Part shown: positions 1 to 9,308 of the stretch, piece after piece
Layout: each line of letters begins with the position of its first letter
How positions within the stretch are numbered: position 1 is the stretch's first letter
Assembly (NCBI GenBank): GCA_041648735.1
Contig: JBAZOO010000005.1
Location: 65,862-129,861, forward strand
Reading direction: 5' to 3'
Length of the DNA stretch: 64,000 nt
Origin: Lentisphaeria bacterium
GTDB taxonomy: Bacteria; Verrucomicrobiota; Lentisphaeria; Oligosphaerales; CAITYL01
Translations under genes and position numbers: made by a program
Notes under the pieces: generated by a model
Seen by the model: the letters and a program-made list of their open reading frames with translations, nothing else
What the model was told of the DNA's origin: nothing
The model's database searches: none

Positions 1-470
1 TGGAGGTGCATCCCACCGAGATCGCCTTCGACATCGCCTCCGCCGAACGCGCCCTGGCTGCCGTCAAGAACCACCCGCGCTTCGGCTTCAACTACGACCC
101 GTCGCACCTCGGCTACCAGGGGGTGGACTACGTGAAGTTCATCCGCACCTTCGGCAAGCGCATCTTCCATGCCCACCTGAAGGACGTCTGGTGGGGGCAC
201 GGCGACGGCACCGTCGGCGTCTTCGGCGGCCACACCAGCTTTGCCGACCCGCGCCGGTTCTGGGACTTCCGGTCGCTGGGGCATGGCGACATCAACTTCG
301 AGGAGATCATCGTCGCCCTCAACGACGTCGGCTACCAGGGCCCCCTCTCCGTCGAGTGGGAGGACAGCCGGATGGATCGCGAGCATGGCGCCAAGGAAGC
401 CGCCGCCTTCGTGCGGAAGATCGATTTCAAGCCCTCAAGCATCGCCTTTGACGCCCAGTTCGACCGCTGA
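1..470 (+). CDS. sugar phosphate isomerase/epimerase (xylose-isomerase-like TIM barrel), C-terminal part; 5' end lies outside the window
   Basis: ORF track 6..470, frame open to the window edge. Motifs [14 protein letters not shown] and SVEWED are typical of this TIM-barrel family. Confidence 0.7.
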
Positions 471-502
471 ACCCCAGCAGGGGTCGGCGCGGGAGCCAAC
501 GG

Positions 503-739
503 ATGTTCGCGTTCGACTATCGGAGCGGGTTCCTCCTCTATCTCTTCGTCATGCTCGCGCTGTTCCTGGCCACCTTCATCTACGAACAGTGGCGGGAACG
601 GCGCGACGCCTGGCGGATCAGCGACGCCCACGTCGCCCGCTGCCCGGCCTGCAACCTGGGCTTCATCATCCCCCGCGGCAAGACCACGGGGGAATGCCCG
701 CGCTGCGGCCGCCGCTGCACGGTCTATCCGAAGGGCTGA
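503..739 (+). CDS. small membrane protein with C-terminal four-Cys zinc-ribbon-like motif (hypothetical)
   Basis: ORF track 78 aa. Hydrophobic helix FLLYLFVMLALFLATFIY followed by CPAC...CPRC. No family recognised. Confidence 0.45.
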   Translation: MFAFDYRSGFLLYLFVMLALFLATFIYEQWRERRDAWRISDAHVARCPACNLGFIIPRGKTTGECPRCGRRCTVYPKG

Positions 740-770
740 AGCGCCGGCGGCGGCGGGCGAAGGGGACACC

Positions 771-1361
771 ATGCGCATCATCAGCGGCAAGGCCCGGGGG
801 ATCCACTTGCAGGCGCCGACGGGCGAGGCGGTGCGCCCCACCGGCGACCGGGTCAAGGAAACGCTGTTTTCCATGCTCGGCCCGCTGGAAGGGCAGCGGG
901 TGCTGGACCTGTTCGCCGGCACCGGCGCCTTCGGGCTGGAAGCCCTCAGCCGCGGCGCGGCCGCGGTGCTCCTGGTCGAACGCCAGCCGCGGCATGTCCG
1001 GACCATCGGGGCGAACTTGGCCGCCGTGCTCCGCGCCCTGCGGGAACCGGCGGCGGAAGAGCGGCTCCAGATCCTCACCGCCGACGCCCGCACCCTGCCC
1101 GCCCGCCTGCCGGAACGCGCCGCGGGGTTCGACCTGATCCTGGCCGACCCGCCCTGGCACCCCGCCCCCGGCGAGTACGGTGGCCACGAGCTGGTCCAGG
1201 ATGCGGAGTTCGCACGCTGGGCCGGGCCCGACGCCCTGCTGGTCCTGGAACAGGACGCCGCCGCGCCGCCGCCACCCTGGCATCCCCTCTCCGCCTGGCG
1301 CCTGCTCAGGCTCCGCCGCATTGGCGGCACCGTCTTCTACTTCGCCCGCCAAGCCGGCTGA
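771..1361 (+). CDS. rsmD: 16S rRNA (guanine966-N2)-methyltransferase RsmD
   Basis: MRIISGKARG, RPTGDRVKETLFSML, SAM-binding DLFAGTGAFGLEALSRGA, and catalytic ADPPW motif. Confidence 0.85.
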   Translation: MRIISGKARGIHLQAPTGEAVRPTGDRVKETLFSMLGPLEGQRVLDLFAGTGAFGLEALSRGAAAVLLVERQPRHVRTIGANLAAVLRALREPAAEERLQILTADARTLPARLPERAAGFDLILADPPWHPAPGEYGGHELVQDAEFARWAGPDALLVLEQDAAAPPPPWHPLSAWRLLRLRRIGGTVFYFARQAG

Positions 1362-1404
1362 AGCGGAATTCCGATTCCCGATCAGAGCCATCCCACAATG
1401 TCCT

Positions 1405-1770
1405 TCACCGCGGCGGCGCAGAGTTCGCGGAGGTGGTTGCCAATGGTTCGCGTGCCGTAGGTACGCGGGGAATCTGCCGTCCAGGCATTCGAAAATCGGA
1501 AATCCGGATGTTGACGATGTCCCGGCGTACCGATGGCACGCCAAAACGGGGGGGCCTGGGTGCAGGGGCGTTGCCCCTGCCTATTGTCCCAGCGTCCCTC
1601 TGGGACGCACGAAACCAAACTTCAGGGCCAAGGAAAAAGCAAAATGGGACGCCCCGGAAAACGCCGCCGCCAAGCTCATGAACCCAACAAGGCCAGGCAG
1701 TTTTCATCTCCTGTGGGATGGCTGTGATTGAGGAAGGCACTTCAGCTCTTTTGCTGCCGATTTCTTCCAT
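1405..1770 (-). pseudogene. possible degraded RelE/ParE-type toxin gene in the toxin position of a TA pair
   Basis: ATG sits directly after the antitoxin stop (TGA|ATG). The N-terminus MEEIGSKRAEV..IPQEMK resembles RelE/ParE N-termini, but the remainder does not. Another frame (1382..1618) ends TIGNHLRELC. The region contains fragments of window repeats. Confidence 0.25.
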
Positions 1771-1977
1771 TCAACGGTGTAGGATGCCATTTTGATTCAA
1801 CTCCCGCACCAATTGCGTATGAGTAATCGTAGGTTCATCACGACGCTCGGCAACAACCGCCAAGTCATGAAAATCCTCAAGCAACTCCTCATACTCACGA
1901 ATTTGAAGTATCACGGCTTTCCGTTTCCCTTGATTATCCGTGACAAATTTTGGGTGAAGCTGTAGCGTTTGGCTCAT
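1771..1977 (-). CDS. type II antitoxin (Phd/YefM- or RelB-like; family not resolved)
   Basis: 68 aa from the internal ATG of ORF 1771..2430. The pattern KAVILQIREYEELLEDFHDLAVVAERRDEPTITHTQL is typical of small antitoxins. Lower GC than its surroundings. Confidence 0.6.
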   Translation of the reverse strand: MSQTLQLHPKFVTDNQGKRKAVILQIREYEELLEDFHDLAVVAERRDEPTITHTQLVRELNQNGILHR

Positions 1978-2473
1978 TGATGCATCTCCATTTCGGTTTC
2001 GTATTTTGCTGATGAACATCGTCCATCGCCACCAAGCGGCACCGGTTGTTGTCCCTTTCCCGTGGCCGAACTGCTTGGGATTATGCGCTGCGTAGCTGGC
2101 TCGTAATCCATGTTGAACGAGCCCGGAGCGGGCTCGGGTGGTGTCTGGAGCTTTAGCCGTTGTCCCCGGCCGGATCACGGTGTGAATGTACAGGGCGGCG
2201 GGGTGGAAGACAAGCGGGCGGCGGGGAAAAATCGGCGGCGGGTGGGCGGCGATCTGGCGGACAGCCGTCTCCGGCGTAGCGGAACTTGGGGGAACTTGGG
2301 GCCAGGTGAATTGTGGCCTTGGTTGGGGCAGCGGGATCGGCTGGCGTCGCCGGGGCAACTTGCAACCATTCGTCGGCCGGCGTGTCACAGCCTTCATTCG
2401 GCCGGGCCGGCGTCTCCGGTGACCGGGCACTGCCGCCGGCGTATCATCACTAAATCAATGGAAGAGGTGATCC

Positions 2474-2812
2474 ATGAAGGGCATGACGTTGCTGGCCGCG
2501 GGCGCGGCCACACTCCTGGCCGCCAGCCTGCCACTGATGGCGGCGCAAGAAGGAACCGCCACGGGCGCGCCACCGCCGGCCGCCACCACCGCGGCCGAAC
2601 CGGCGGCCAAGCCGCAGACCACCTGCCCGGTCATGGGCGGGGCCATTGACAAGTCGCTCTACGGCGACCATGGCGGCAAGCGCATCTACGCCTGCTGCCG
2701 GGGCTGCCTGCGCCAGATCCGCAAGGATCCGGAGGCGATCATCCGCAAGTTGGAGGCGGAAGGGATCACCTTGGACAAGACGCCGCCGCCGGCCGCGAAA
2801 GGCAAGAAGTGA
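2474..2812 (+). CDS. secreted YHS/TRASH-like metal-binding domain protein
   Basis: Signal-peptide-like N-terminus MKGMTLLAAGAATLLAASLPLMAAQ. CPVMGGAIDKSLYGDHGGKRIYACCRGCLRQIRKDPEAI matches the YHS pattern CPV.G..I....Y.G...Y.C...C...F..DP. Confidence 0.55.
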   Translation: MKGMTLLAAGAATLLAASLPLMAAQEGTATGAPPPAATTAAEPAAKPQTTCPVMGGAIDKSLYGDHGGKRIYACCRGCLRQIRKDPEAIIRKLEAEGITLDKTPPPAAKGKK

Positions 2813-2938
2813 GCGGCGGCCCGCGCAAGGGGGCGGCAGCGCCCCCTGCCGGAACGGGCCGGTTCCTCCGGTTCCCGCAACCTGGGGGCTGGAGGGGCCG
2901 CCGGGGCGGAGGGACAGGGGCAGCCCGCCCGGCCGCCG

Positions 2939-4174
2939 TCAGAAGAGGAAGCGGTCGGAGGCGAGGCGGCGCTTGACTTCGGCGAGCACCCGCGCCTCGT
3001 CCGCGGCGCCTTGCGAGACGAAGGTGGCGCTGAAGCGGACGAAGTGGCCGGCGTCGTCCCACGGCACCGTGCTGATCTGCTTCTCGGTGATCAGCCAGTG
3101 GCTGAACTCCTCGGCGGTGGCGAAGCCCTTGCCGGAGGCCGTGCCCTTGGGGATCTGGACGTAGAGGTAGAAGGAGCCCTCGGGCGTCTTCGCGTCGAAC
3201 CCGAGTTCCTTGAGGGTCTGCGCCAGCGAGGCCAGCCGGCGGCGGTACTTTTCACAGATCCGCGGGGTGATCGCCGCCTGGTTGTCCAGCGCCTTGATTG
3301 CCGCCTTCTGGATGGCGATGAACTGGCCGCTGTCGGCGTTGTCCTTGACAGTGGCGAAGGCCTTGACCGCCAGCTCGTTGCCGCAGACCCAGCCGAGGCG
3401 CCAGCCGGTCATGTTGAAGCCCTTGGACATGCTGTGCAGTTCCACGGCCACCTCCTTGCCGCCGGGTCGGGAGAGGATGCTCAGCGGCCGGCCGGCGAAG
3501 TTGAGCGGCGCGTAGGCGGCGTCGAAGACGATCATCGCCTGGTTCGCCTTGGCGAAGGCGATTGCCCGGTCAAGGAATTCGGGGGTGGCGGAGGCGCCGG
3601 TCGGGTTGTTCGGGTAGTTCAGGTAGATGAGCTTGAGGCGGCGCCGCTTCGCCGCCGGGATGCTCTCCAGGTCGGGGAGGAAGCCGTTCGCCTTGGTCAG
3701 CGGCAGGTTCAGCACCTCGCCGCCCAGGTACTTGCTCCAGGTGCCGAGCACCGGATAGCCGGGGATGGTCATGGCCGTGATGTCGCCGGGATTGACGAAG
3801 CAGGCCGGGAGCAGGGCCAGCGCCGACTTGCTGCCCACGGAATGGACGATCTCGGTCTCCGGGTTGAGTTCGACGCCGTAGAGTGCCTGCATGTAACGGG
3901 CGACCGCCTGGCGGAACTCCATGATGCCGTTGTCGGCATAGATCCGGTTCTCCCATTTGCCGGCCTCGGCGCACAACGCCTGGACGACTTCCGGGAAGGC
4001 GGCCTCGTCCGGCTCGCCGACGCCCATGTCGATCAGCTCCACCTCCGGATGCGCCTGCCTGGCCGCGGCCTTGGCGCGCTTGATCTTCTCGAACTTGTAG
4101 ATCGTCGTGTCCTTGCCGAAGCGGTTGCCGCCGATGCGTTCGGCGAAGCGTTCCTGGAGGTAGTGGTCGCTCAT
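2939..4174 (-). CDS. dapL: fold-type I PLP aminotransferase, probable LL-diaminopimelate aminotransferase (DapL-like)
   Basis: Start is the internal ATG (MSDHYLQERF) of ORF 2939..4360. Motifs IDMGVGEPD, NYPNNPTG, and the PLP-lysine motif SMSKGFNMTGWRLGW. The DapL assignment is from memory of the IYKFEKIKRAK-type N-terminus and is not verified. Confidence 0.7.
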   Translation of the reverse strand: MSDHYLQERFAERIGGNRFGKDTTIYKFEKIKRAKAAARQAHPEVELIDMGVGEPDEAAFPEVVQALCAEAGKWENRIYADNGIMEFRQAVARYMQALYGVELNPETEIVHSVGSKSALALLPACFVNPGDITAMTIPGYPVLGTWSKYLGGEVLNLPLTKANGFLPDLESIPAAKRRRLKLIYLNYPNNPTGASATPEFLDRAIAFAKANQAMIVFDAAYAPLNFAGRPLSILSRPGGKEVAVELHSMSKGFNMTGWRLGWVCGNELAVKAFATVKDNADSGQFIAIQKAAIKALDNQAAITPRICEKYRRRLASLAQTLKELGFDAKTPEGSFYLYVQIPKGTASGKGFATAEEFSHWLITEKQISTVPWDDAGHFVRFSATFVSQGAADEARVLAEVKRRLASDRFLF

Positions 4175-4559
4175 GGCGGGATCCTGGCTGGGCTGGGCGG
4201 GGTTGGCACCGGAAAAGCGGTAATATGATGGCCGCCGCCCGATCCGCAAAAGCCCGCGCCGCCACGGGCGCAGGACATTTCCGTTGGTTGGCAATGGCAA
4301 CGCGGAACGCAAAATCCCCGCGGGCACGGAGCCGGCTGCGCCGGCCACTTCCCCATCCATCCCAGAGTGTCACCCCCAAAAATTCCGGAAGTGCCAAAAA
4401 AGCCCCCGGGTGGGCATTCCCCGGGGGGTGTCCTGGCCTGGCCGGCCGGCCAACGCCGGGCCGGCTCACTGGGATCGTTCACCACGTTGCCCCGAAGGGG
4501 AGAATGGCCGATCGCAGTCAACCGTGATGAATGGATCCATTCGGCCAGGAGGGAGATTT

Positions 4560-4910
4560 TCAGCCTATGGCCGGAAGTTGTTCGGCCTCGTGGAGTTTCT
4601 CCTTGTCGACGTGGGTATGGGTGTCCCGCAGCTTTTCGACGTGGCGGTGCAATTGGGCTTCGACTTTTGCCACGGCATCATCGATGGCGGCGAAGAGGTT
4701 GTTGCCTTCCGCCCGGCCGTGGCCGATGACAGAGACATGGGCACCGGTGATGGTGACCTCAGCCACGCCGAAGTCATGTTCCCGGTCGAGGATCACGTGG
4801 GCATGGTTCAGCTTATGGTATTTGCCGTCGATCTTGGCCAATCGTTCTTCAGAGTAGAGTTTCAGGGCATCCGTTGCCGGTTGGCGCCGTCCACTGACGA
4901 TCACTTCCAT
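4560..4910 (-). CDS. hpf: ribosome hibernation promoting factor / RaiA family (short form)
   Basis: 116 aa from the internal ATG (MEVIVSGRR...). The pattern ...LKLYSEERLAKI...AHVILD...AEVTI...AIDDAVAKVEAQL is typical of the sigma-54-modulation/HPF family. It lies downstream of lptB, as in many Gram-negatives. Confidence 0.8.
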   Translation of the reverse strand: MEVIVSGRRQPATDALKLYSEERLAKIDGKYHKLNHAHVILDREHDFGVAEVTITGAHVSVIGHGRAEGNNLFAAIDDAVAKVEAQLHRHVEKLRDTHTHVDKEKLHEAEQLPAIG

Positions 4911-5090
4911 GATGCGTCTCCTCTGTGTTCGCTCCGGGGGCAGCCCCCGGCATTCAGTTCCGCGGGAGCCGGCCTCCCGATTTCCGTCCATCCGGAGGAT
5001 GACGGCCGGAAGCCGGATCGCGGGGATTCATCCTTGCACTCAATTCGACACTGGAAACGGGGGTGGGTTGCACTGGGGCGCGGCGGAAAC

Positions 5091-5828
5091 TCAGTCGGCG
5101 AACTGGGGGCCGAGGTAGACCTTGCGGGCCTGTTCGTCCTGGCGCAGGAAGTCGCTGTCGCCTTCGCAGAGGATGCGGCCGTTGCAGATGAGGTAGGCGC
5201 GGTTGACGACGGCGAGGGTTTCGCGGACGCTGTGGTCGGTGATGAGCACCCCCAGGCCACGGTCGCGGAGATGGGCGACGATCTTCTGGACCTCGAAGAC
5301 GTTGATCGGGTCGATGCCGACGAACGGTTCGTCGAGGAGGATGAAGGCCGGATTGGTGGCCAGGGCGCGGGTGATCTCCAGCCGCCGGCGTTCGCCGCCG
5401 CTGAGGGTGTTGGCCTTCTGCTTGGCGCGGGGGGCCAGTTGCAGTTCGTTGAGCAGGTCGGTGAGGCGGGCGGCGCGTTCGGCGGCGGTCAGGTCGAGCG
5501 TTTCCAGCACGGCCATGATGTTGTCCGCCACCGAGAGGTTGCGGAAGACCGACGGTTCCTGGGAAAGGTAGCCCATCCCCAGGCGGGCGCGCTGGTACAT
5601 GGGCAGTTGCGAGGCGTCCCGCCCCAGGAACTCGACCGTGCCGGCATCCGGCTTCACCAGGCCGACGATCATGTAGAAGGAGGTGGTCTTGCCGGCGCCA
5701 TTGGGGCCGAGCAGGCCGACCACTTCGCCGCGGTTGACGCTCAGGTTGACTTCGTCGACGACCCGTCGGCCCTTGTAGGCTTTCACCAAGCCGCGGGCCT
5801 GGAGCAGGGTGGGGGCGGCGGCGGTCAT
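5091..5828 (-). CDS. lptB: LPS export ABC transporter ATP-binding protein LptB
   Basis: Walker A GPNGAGKTT, signature LSGGERRRLEI, Walker B ILLDEP, and the LptB-typical C-terminal ARKVYLG. ATGA overlap with the upstream lptA-like gene. Confidence 0.9.
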   Translation of the reverse strand: MTAAAPTLLQARGLVKAYKGRRVVDEVNLSVNRGEVVGLLGPNGAGKTTSFYMIVGLVKPDAGTVEFLGRDASQLPMYQRARLGMGYLSQEPSVFRNLSVADNIMAVLETLDLTAAERAARLTDLLNELQLAPRAKQKANTLSGGERRRLEITRALATNPAFILLDEPFVGIDPINVFEVQKIVAHLRDRGLGVLITDHSVRETLAVVNRAYLICNGRILCEGDSDFLRQDEQARKVYLGPQFAD

Positions 5829-6397
5829 GGCGCGGCCTCCTTTTTCGGGGCCGGCAGAATCCCGCCGCCGGGGAGGGCGCCGCCGCCGCCGGGCAGGATC
5901 AGGGTGCCGCCTTCGGTGATGATCTTGCCGGTGTCGCGGTCGTAGATGATGCGGCTGACGTTCTTGAGGATGCTGCCGCCGACGGCGAGTTCCGGCTCCT
6001 CGGTGAGCACCACTTTGCCGTCGGCGACGGTGTAGACGGCGCGCCCGGCCTTGGCCTGCCGTTTCTCTCCGGGCTGTTCGATGAGGACGTTGCCGAGGGC
6101 CTCGATCCGCTCCGGCTTGTCGGCCTTGTCGAAATGGACGATCATCTTGTCGGCGGTCAAGGTCATGCGGGGTTCCGTGACTTTGACGTTGCCGATGAAG
6201 GTGGCGAGATGGGAGGCCATGTCCATCTCCATGCCGTCGGACTGGATCTGGATCTCGGCGCCAGCCGCGGCCGCGGGCTGGGCGGGGCTGGTGGCGGCGG
6301 CCGGGGCGGCGGGTGGTTCCGCGGCCGGAATGGCGGGCAGGGCCAGGAAGCTGGCCAGCAGCCAGGCGCGGGGGAGGCGCGGGAGCGGGGGGGTCAT
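5825..6397 (-). CDS. lptA: LptA-like periplasmic LPS transport protein (OstA N-terminal domain)
   Basis: 190 aa from the internal ATG (MTPPLPRLPRAWLLASFLALPAIPA signal peptide). An OstA-like beta-jellyroll pattern follows: IQSDGMEMD...ATFIGNVKV...LTADKMIVHF...AKAGRAVY. Position between lptC-like and lptB. Confidence 0.7.
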   Translation of the reverse strand: MTPPLPRLPRAWLLASFLALPAIPAAEPPAAPAAATSPAQPAAAAGAEIQIQSDGMEMDMASHLATFIGNVKVTEPRMTLTADKMIVHFDKADKPERIEALGNVLIEQPGEKRQAKAGRAVYTVADGKVVLTEEPELAVGGSILKNVSRIIYDRDTGKIITEGGTLILPGGGGALPGGGILPAPKKEAAP

Positions 6398-6876
6398 GGC
6401 GAGGGGTCTCCGGATGGGGGGGCGGGTTTTTCCGGCGGCTTCGGCAGGGGGACGGTGCCGGCGGGAAGGGTCATGCGGACTTGGCTGCGGATGAGGAGCT
6501 TCTGGCCACCGGCCAGGAGGTCGTAGCCGACGCCGGTGATCACCGCCTGGCGATGGACGACGCGCAGCGGGGCGTCGCTCCGGGCGTGGCGGTCGCCGCG
6601 GTCGAAGGCGACGGCGGGGGTGGTGATCACCGTGGTTTCGCCGTTTTCGCGGGTGTAGGTCAGGCGGGCATCCTGGAGATGCACCACCGGGCCCTCGAGC
6701 CGGGCCCGGGCGCCTTCCAGGAGCCAGGTGGTCTTGCCGTCGTCGGCCACGCCGCGGGTGCGGAAGGTCTCCAGCACCAGGCTGCCGGTGTCCAGCCCCA
6801 ACTGGGCGCCGGCCGCCCCGGCGAGGAGCAGGAGCGGCAGGGCGCATTGGTGGAGGCGTGGACGGTGGGGGATCAT
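6394..6876 (-). CDS. lptC: LptC-like membrane-anchored LPS transport protein
   Basis: Located between kdsC and lptA, with an N-terminal anchor MIPHRPRLHQCALPLLLLAGAAGA. Start could also be 6915. 4-nt overlap with lptA. Assignment rests mainly on synteny plus weak similarity. Confidence 0.5.
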   Translation of the reverse strand: MIPHRPRLHQCALPLLLLAGAAGAQLGLDTGSLVLETFRTRGVADDGKTTWLLEGARARLEGPVVHLQDARLTYTRENGETTVITTPAVAFDRGDRHARSDAPLRVVHRQAVITGVGYDLLAGGQKLLIRSQVRMTLPAGTVPLPKPPEKPAPPSGDPSP

Positions 6877-6927
6877 CGGGGTTGGGTCTCGGCCAAGTTC
6901 AGTCCTGGCAGGCACGGTGCGGCCCGG

Positions 6928-7455
6928 TCAACGGTCATAACGTTCGACCAGGGCATTCCATTTATTTTGGCGCTTGAGCAGCCATTCGCAGACCTCGCGG
7001 ACGGCGCCGCGGCCGCCGGGCGCCTGCGTCACCCAGGTGGCGGCCGCCCGCACTTCCGCCACGGCGTCGGCGACGGCGACGGCGACGGCGGCCCGGCGCA
7101 TGACCGGCAGGTCGATCAGGTCGTCCGCCACATAGAGGCAGTTCCGCCCCTCCAGGTGGCGCTCCGCCAGGAAGGTCTCGAAGGCGGCGAGCTTGTCCTT
7201 GGCGCCTTGGATGCAGAAGCTCAGCCCCAGTTCGGCGGCCCGGCGCTGGTTGGCGGCGGAGACGCGGCCGGAGAGGATGCCGACCTGGAGGCCGGCGCGG
7301 AGGCAGAGCTTGAGGCCGTGGCCGTCCTTGATGTCGAAGAACTTGATCTCGTCGGGGCCGCCGCCGTAGCCGACACGGCCGTCGGTGAGCACGCCGTCGA
7401 CGTCGAGCAGGACGGCTTGGATGGCCGCCAGGTCAACTGAGGGCGCAGACGTCAT
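6928..7455 (-). CDS. kdsC: 3-deoxy-D-manno-octulosonate 8-phosphate phosphatase KdsC (HAD family)
   Basis: HAD motif [12 protein letters not shown], plus [13 protein letters not shown], and [12 protein letters not shown]. Adjacent to kdsA. Confidence 0.85.
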
Positions 7456-8266
7456 GGATTGCCTTCACCTTGCGGAGCATGTACTGGACATCTTTGAGCG
7501 CCAGGGAGTTGGGGCCGTCGCACAGGGCCTTGTCCGGCTCGGGGTGGACTTCGAGGAAGAGCCCTTGGATGCCGACGGCGGCGGCGGCGCGGGCGAGGGG
7601 GGCGACGAATTCGCGCTGGCCGCCGGAGGCGCCGCCCTGGCCGCCGGGGAGCTGGACGGAGTGGGTGGCGTCGAAGACCACCGGGCAGCCGGTCTGCTGG
7701 CGCATGATCGGCAGGGCGCGCATGTCGACCACCAGGTTGTGGTAGCCGAAGGTGCTGCCGCGTTCGGTGACCAGCACCCGGCGGTTGCCGGTGGAGCGCA
7801 CCTTGTCGACCGCCTGCTTGATGTCTTCCGGCGCCAGGAACTGCCCTTTCTTGATGTTGACCGGCTTGCCGGTCTGGCCGGCGGCCAGCAGCAGCTCGGT
7901 CTGCCGGCAGAGGAAGGCGGGGATTTGCAGCACGTCCACCACGGCGGCGGCGGCGGAGGCCTGGCCGGGCTCATGGATGTCGGTCAGCACCGGCACCTGG
8001 AATTCGCCGCGGATGGCGGCCAGCGCCGCCAACCCTTCTTCCAGCCCCTGGCCGCGGTAGGAGTCGGCGCTGGTGCGGTTGGCCTTGTCGAAGGAGGCCT
8101 TGAAGATGTAGGGCAGCCCGAGTTCGGCGCAGACCGCCTTCATGTGGGCGGCGATCTTGCGGCAGACCTCCATGCTTTCCAGGACGCAGGGGCCGGCGAT
8201 GATCACCGGTGGCAGGTCGAGGCCGACCTTGATGCCGGCGGCGAGTTCGAACGGGACGACGTTCAT
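7433..8266 (-). CDS. kdsA: 2-dehydro-3-deoxyphosphooctonate aldolase (KDO8P synthase) KdsA
   Basis: 277 aa from the internal ATG ([11 protein letters not shown]...) of ORF 7433..8773. Motifs [45 protein letters not shown]. Confidence 0.9.
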
Positions 8267-8570
8267 GGGGGTTCCTGGCTGGCGGGGAGGATGCAACGGA
8301 AGAGGAATCGCGGGAGGAATATAGCTCGTTGTCGTTGTCAGTGAGGCAATGGCCAAACGGTTGTCGTAATCGTAATCGGGCTTGGCCGGTCCGGCACCCG
8401 AAAGACACGGACAGCGATTCCGAGGACGAGGATGGGGACGAGGACGGCGACGAGGACGGCAGAAACCAACAAATCGCTGGAGAGGGACGCTCGTAACCTC
8501 GCGCCCGTCATCGTGGCGATGAACTTCGAGCGGACTTCCTGCCCTTCGGGCATTGACGCTTCGCTCCAGC

Positions 8571-9122
8571 TCAGTTGTCCCAGTTGTTGATGTCGTCGCC
8601 GCCGCCGCCCTTGGGCTTGCCGTCGTCATCCTTCTTGTTGGGGCCGTTGGACCAGATCGCGACGGTCTTGGGGACTTCCTTGTAGACGCCGCCGGTGCCG
8701 CTGGCCACCTTGCCGTCATAATCGTAGTCCAGGGCGATGTGGAAATCCTTCCCCCACACGTCTTCGTACCCATTTTGCGCGGGGTTGCTGACCTTGGGCT
8801 GGAGTTCGAGGAACTTCATCCGCCGGGTGTTCAAGTCCGGTGAAGCCCCCGTCTGGCCACTGAGAATGTCAAGGAGCGAGGAATAAGCGGGTGCGGCGTC
8901 ATTGGTGGGGGCGCCCCCGGTGTACGGCAAATAGCCATAGGTCGCCTCAAAATTGCGGACGGCGGTTTCCAAGGCGCTGATGGCGGCCTTGGTCTTGACC
9001 ACCTTCGCCTTCTCCCGGGCGCCGGCAATGGCGGGCAGGAGCAGCCCGGCCAGCACGGCAATGATGCCAATGACCACCAGCAGTTCGATCAGGGTGAAGG
9101 AATGTTTGCGCGGGGAGTTCAT
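8571..9122 (-). CDS. prepilin-type N-terminal domain protein, GspG/PulG-like pseudopilin
   Basis: MNSPRKHS|[24 protein letters not shown] (class III signal-like, Glu at +5). Last gene of the pseudopilin operon. Confidence 0.8.
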
Positions 9123-9166
9123 GACGGGTTCCTATATGGTTTTGGGGTGAAAACAAAGGTGGGCGG

Positions 9167-9305
9167 CTTGGTTCGGGTTGGAGTTCACGCTTCAGCGTGG
9201 GACCTGCCGTCCAGGCGATCCCTCGCAGGGCGGAAAGTGGGCCGTCCAGAGGAAACGCCGCCTGCCCCCAAAACAGCCCACACTGAAGTGTGAACTCCAG
9301 CGGAA
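9167..9305. repeat. composite inverted-repeat element, copy A (lead-in + left arm + 75-nt core + right arm + tail)
   Basis: - Lead-in: CTTGGTTCGGGTT.
- Left arm: GGAGTTCACGCTTCAGCGTGGG (9180-9201).
- Core: 9202-9276.
- Right arm: CCCACACTGAAGTGTGAACTCC (9277-9298).
- Tail: AGCGG.

Read directly from the sequence. Confidence 0.85.
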
Positions 9306-9308
9306 AGG

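Noticed and set aside
1978-2473. 496-nt GC-rich gap with several overlapping ORFs (e.g. 2110..2649, 2186..2422, and the upstream part of 1771..2430)
   Set aside because: All translations are R/G/P-rich with no motifs, and there is a direct repeat GGAACTTGGGG x2 (about 2279-2300). No gene or ncRNA could be supported, so the region is left unannotated.
4175-4559. 385-nt leader/intergenic region upstream of the DapL-like gene, as a lysine riboswitch or other cis-regulatory RNA
   Set aside because: I could not recognise L-box conserved segments by eye. Only a weak promoter candidate (TTGCGG-16-CATATT on the minus strand, 4249-4222) was seen. A covariance-model scan (Rfam/Infernal) would be needed.
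8338-8553. 71-aa minus-strand ORF between the last pseudopilin gene and kdsA, with one hydrophobic helix
   Set aside because: The region is low-complexity DNA (GAGGACGAGGATGGGGACGAGGACGGCGACGAGGACGGC). There is no SD-like motif and no recognisable family. It is kept as intergenic, although a small membrane peptide cannot be excluded.
9180-9298. Integron attC site (imperfect inverted repeats containing GTTCAC / GTGAAC)
   Set aside because: attC sites have RYYYAAC at the 5' end and GTTRRRY at the 3' end. Here the order is reversed, and the sequences do not fit the R/Y pattern. No intI gene is in the window.
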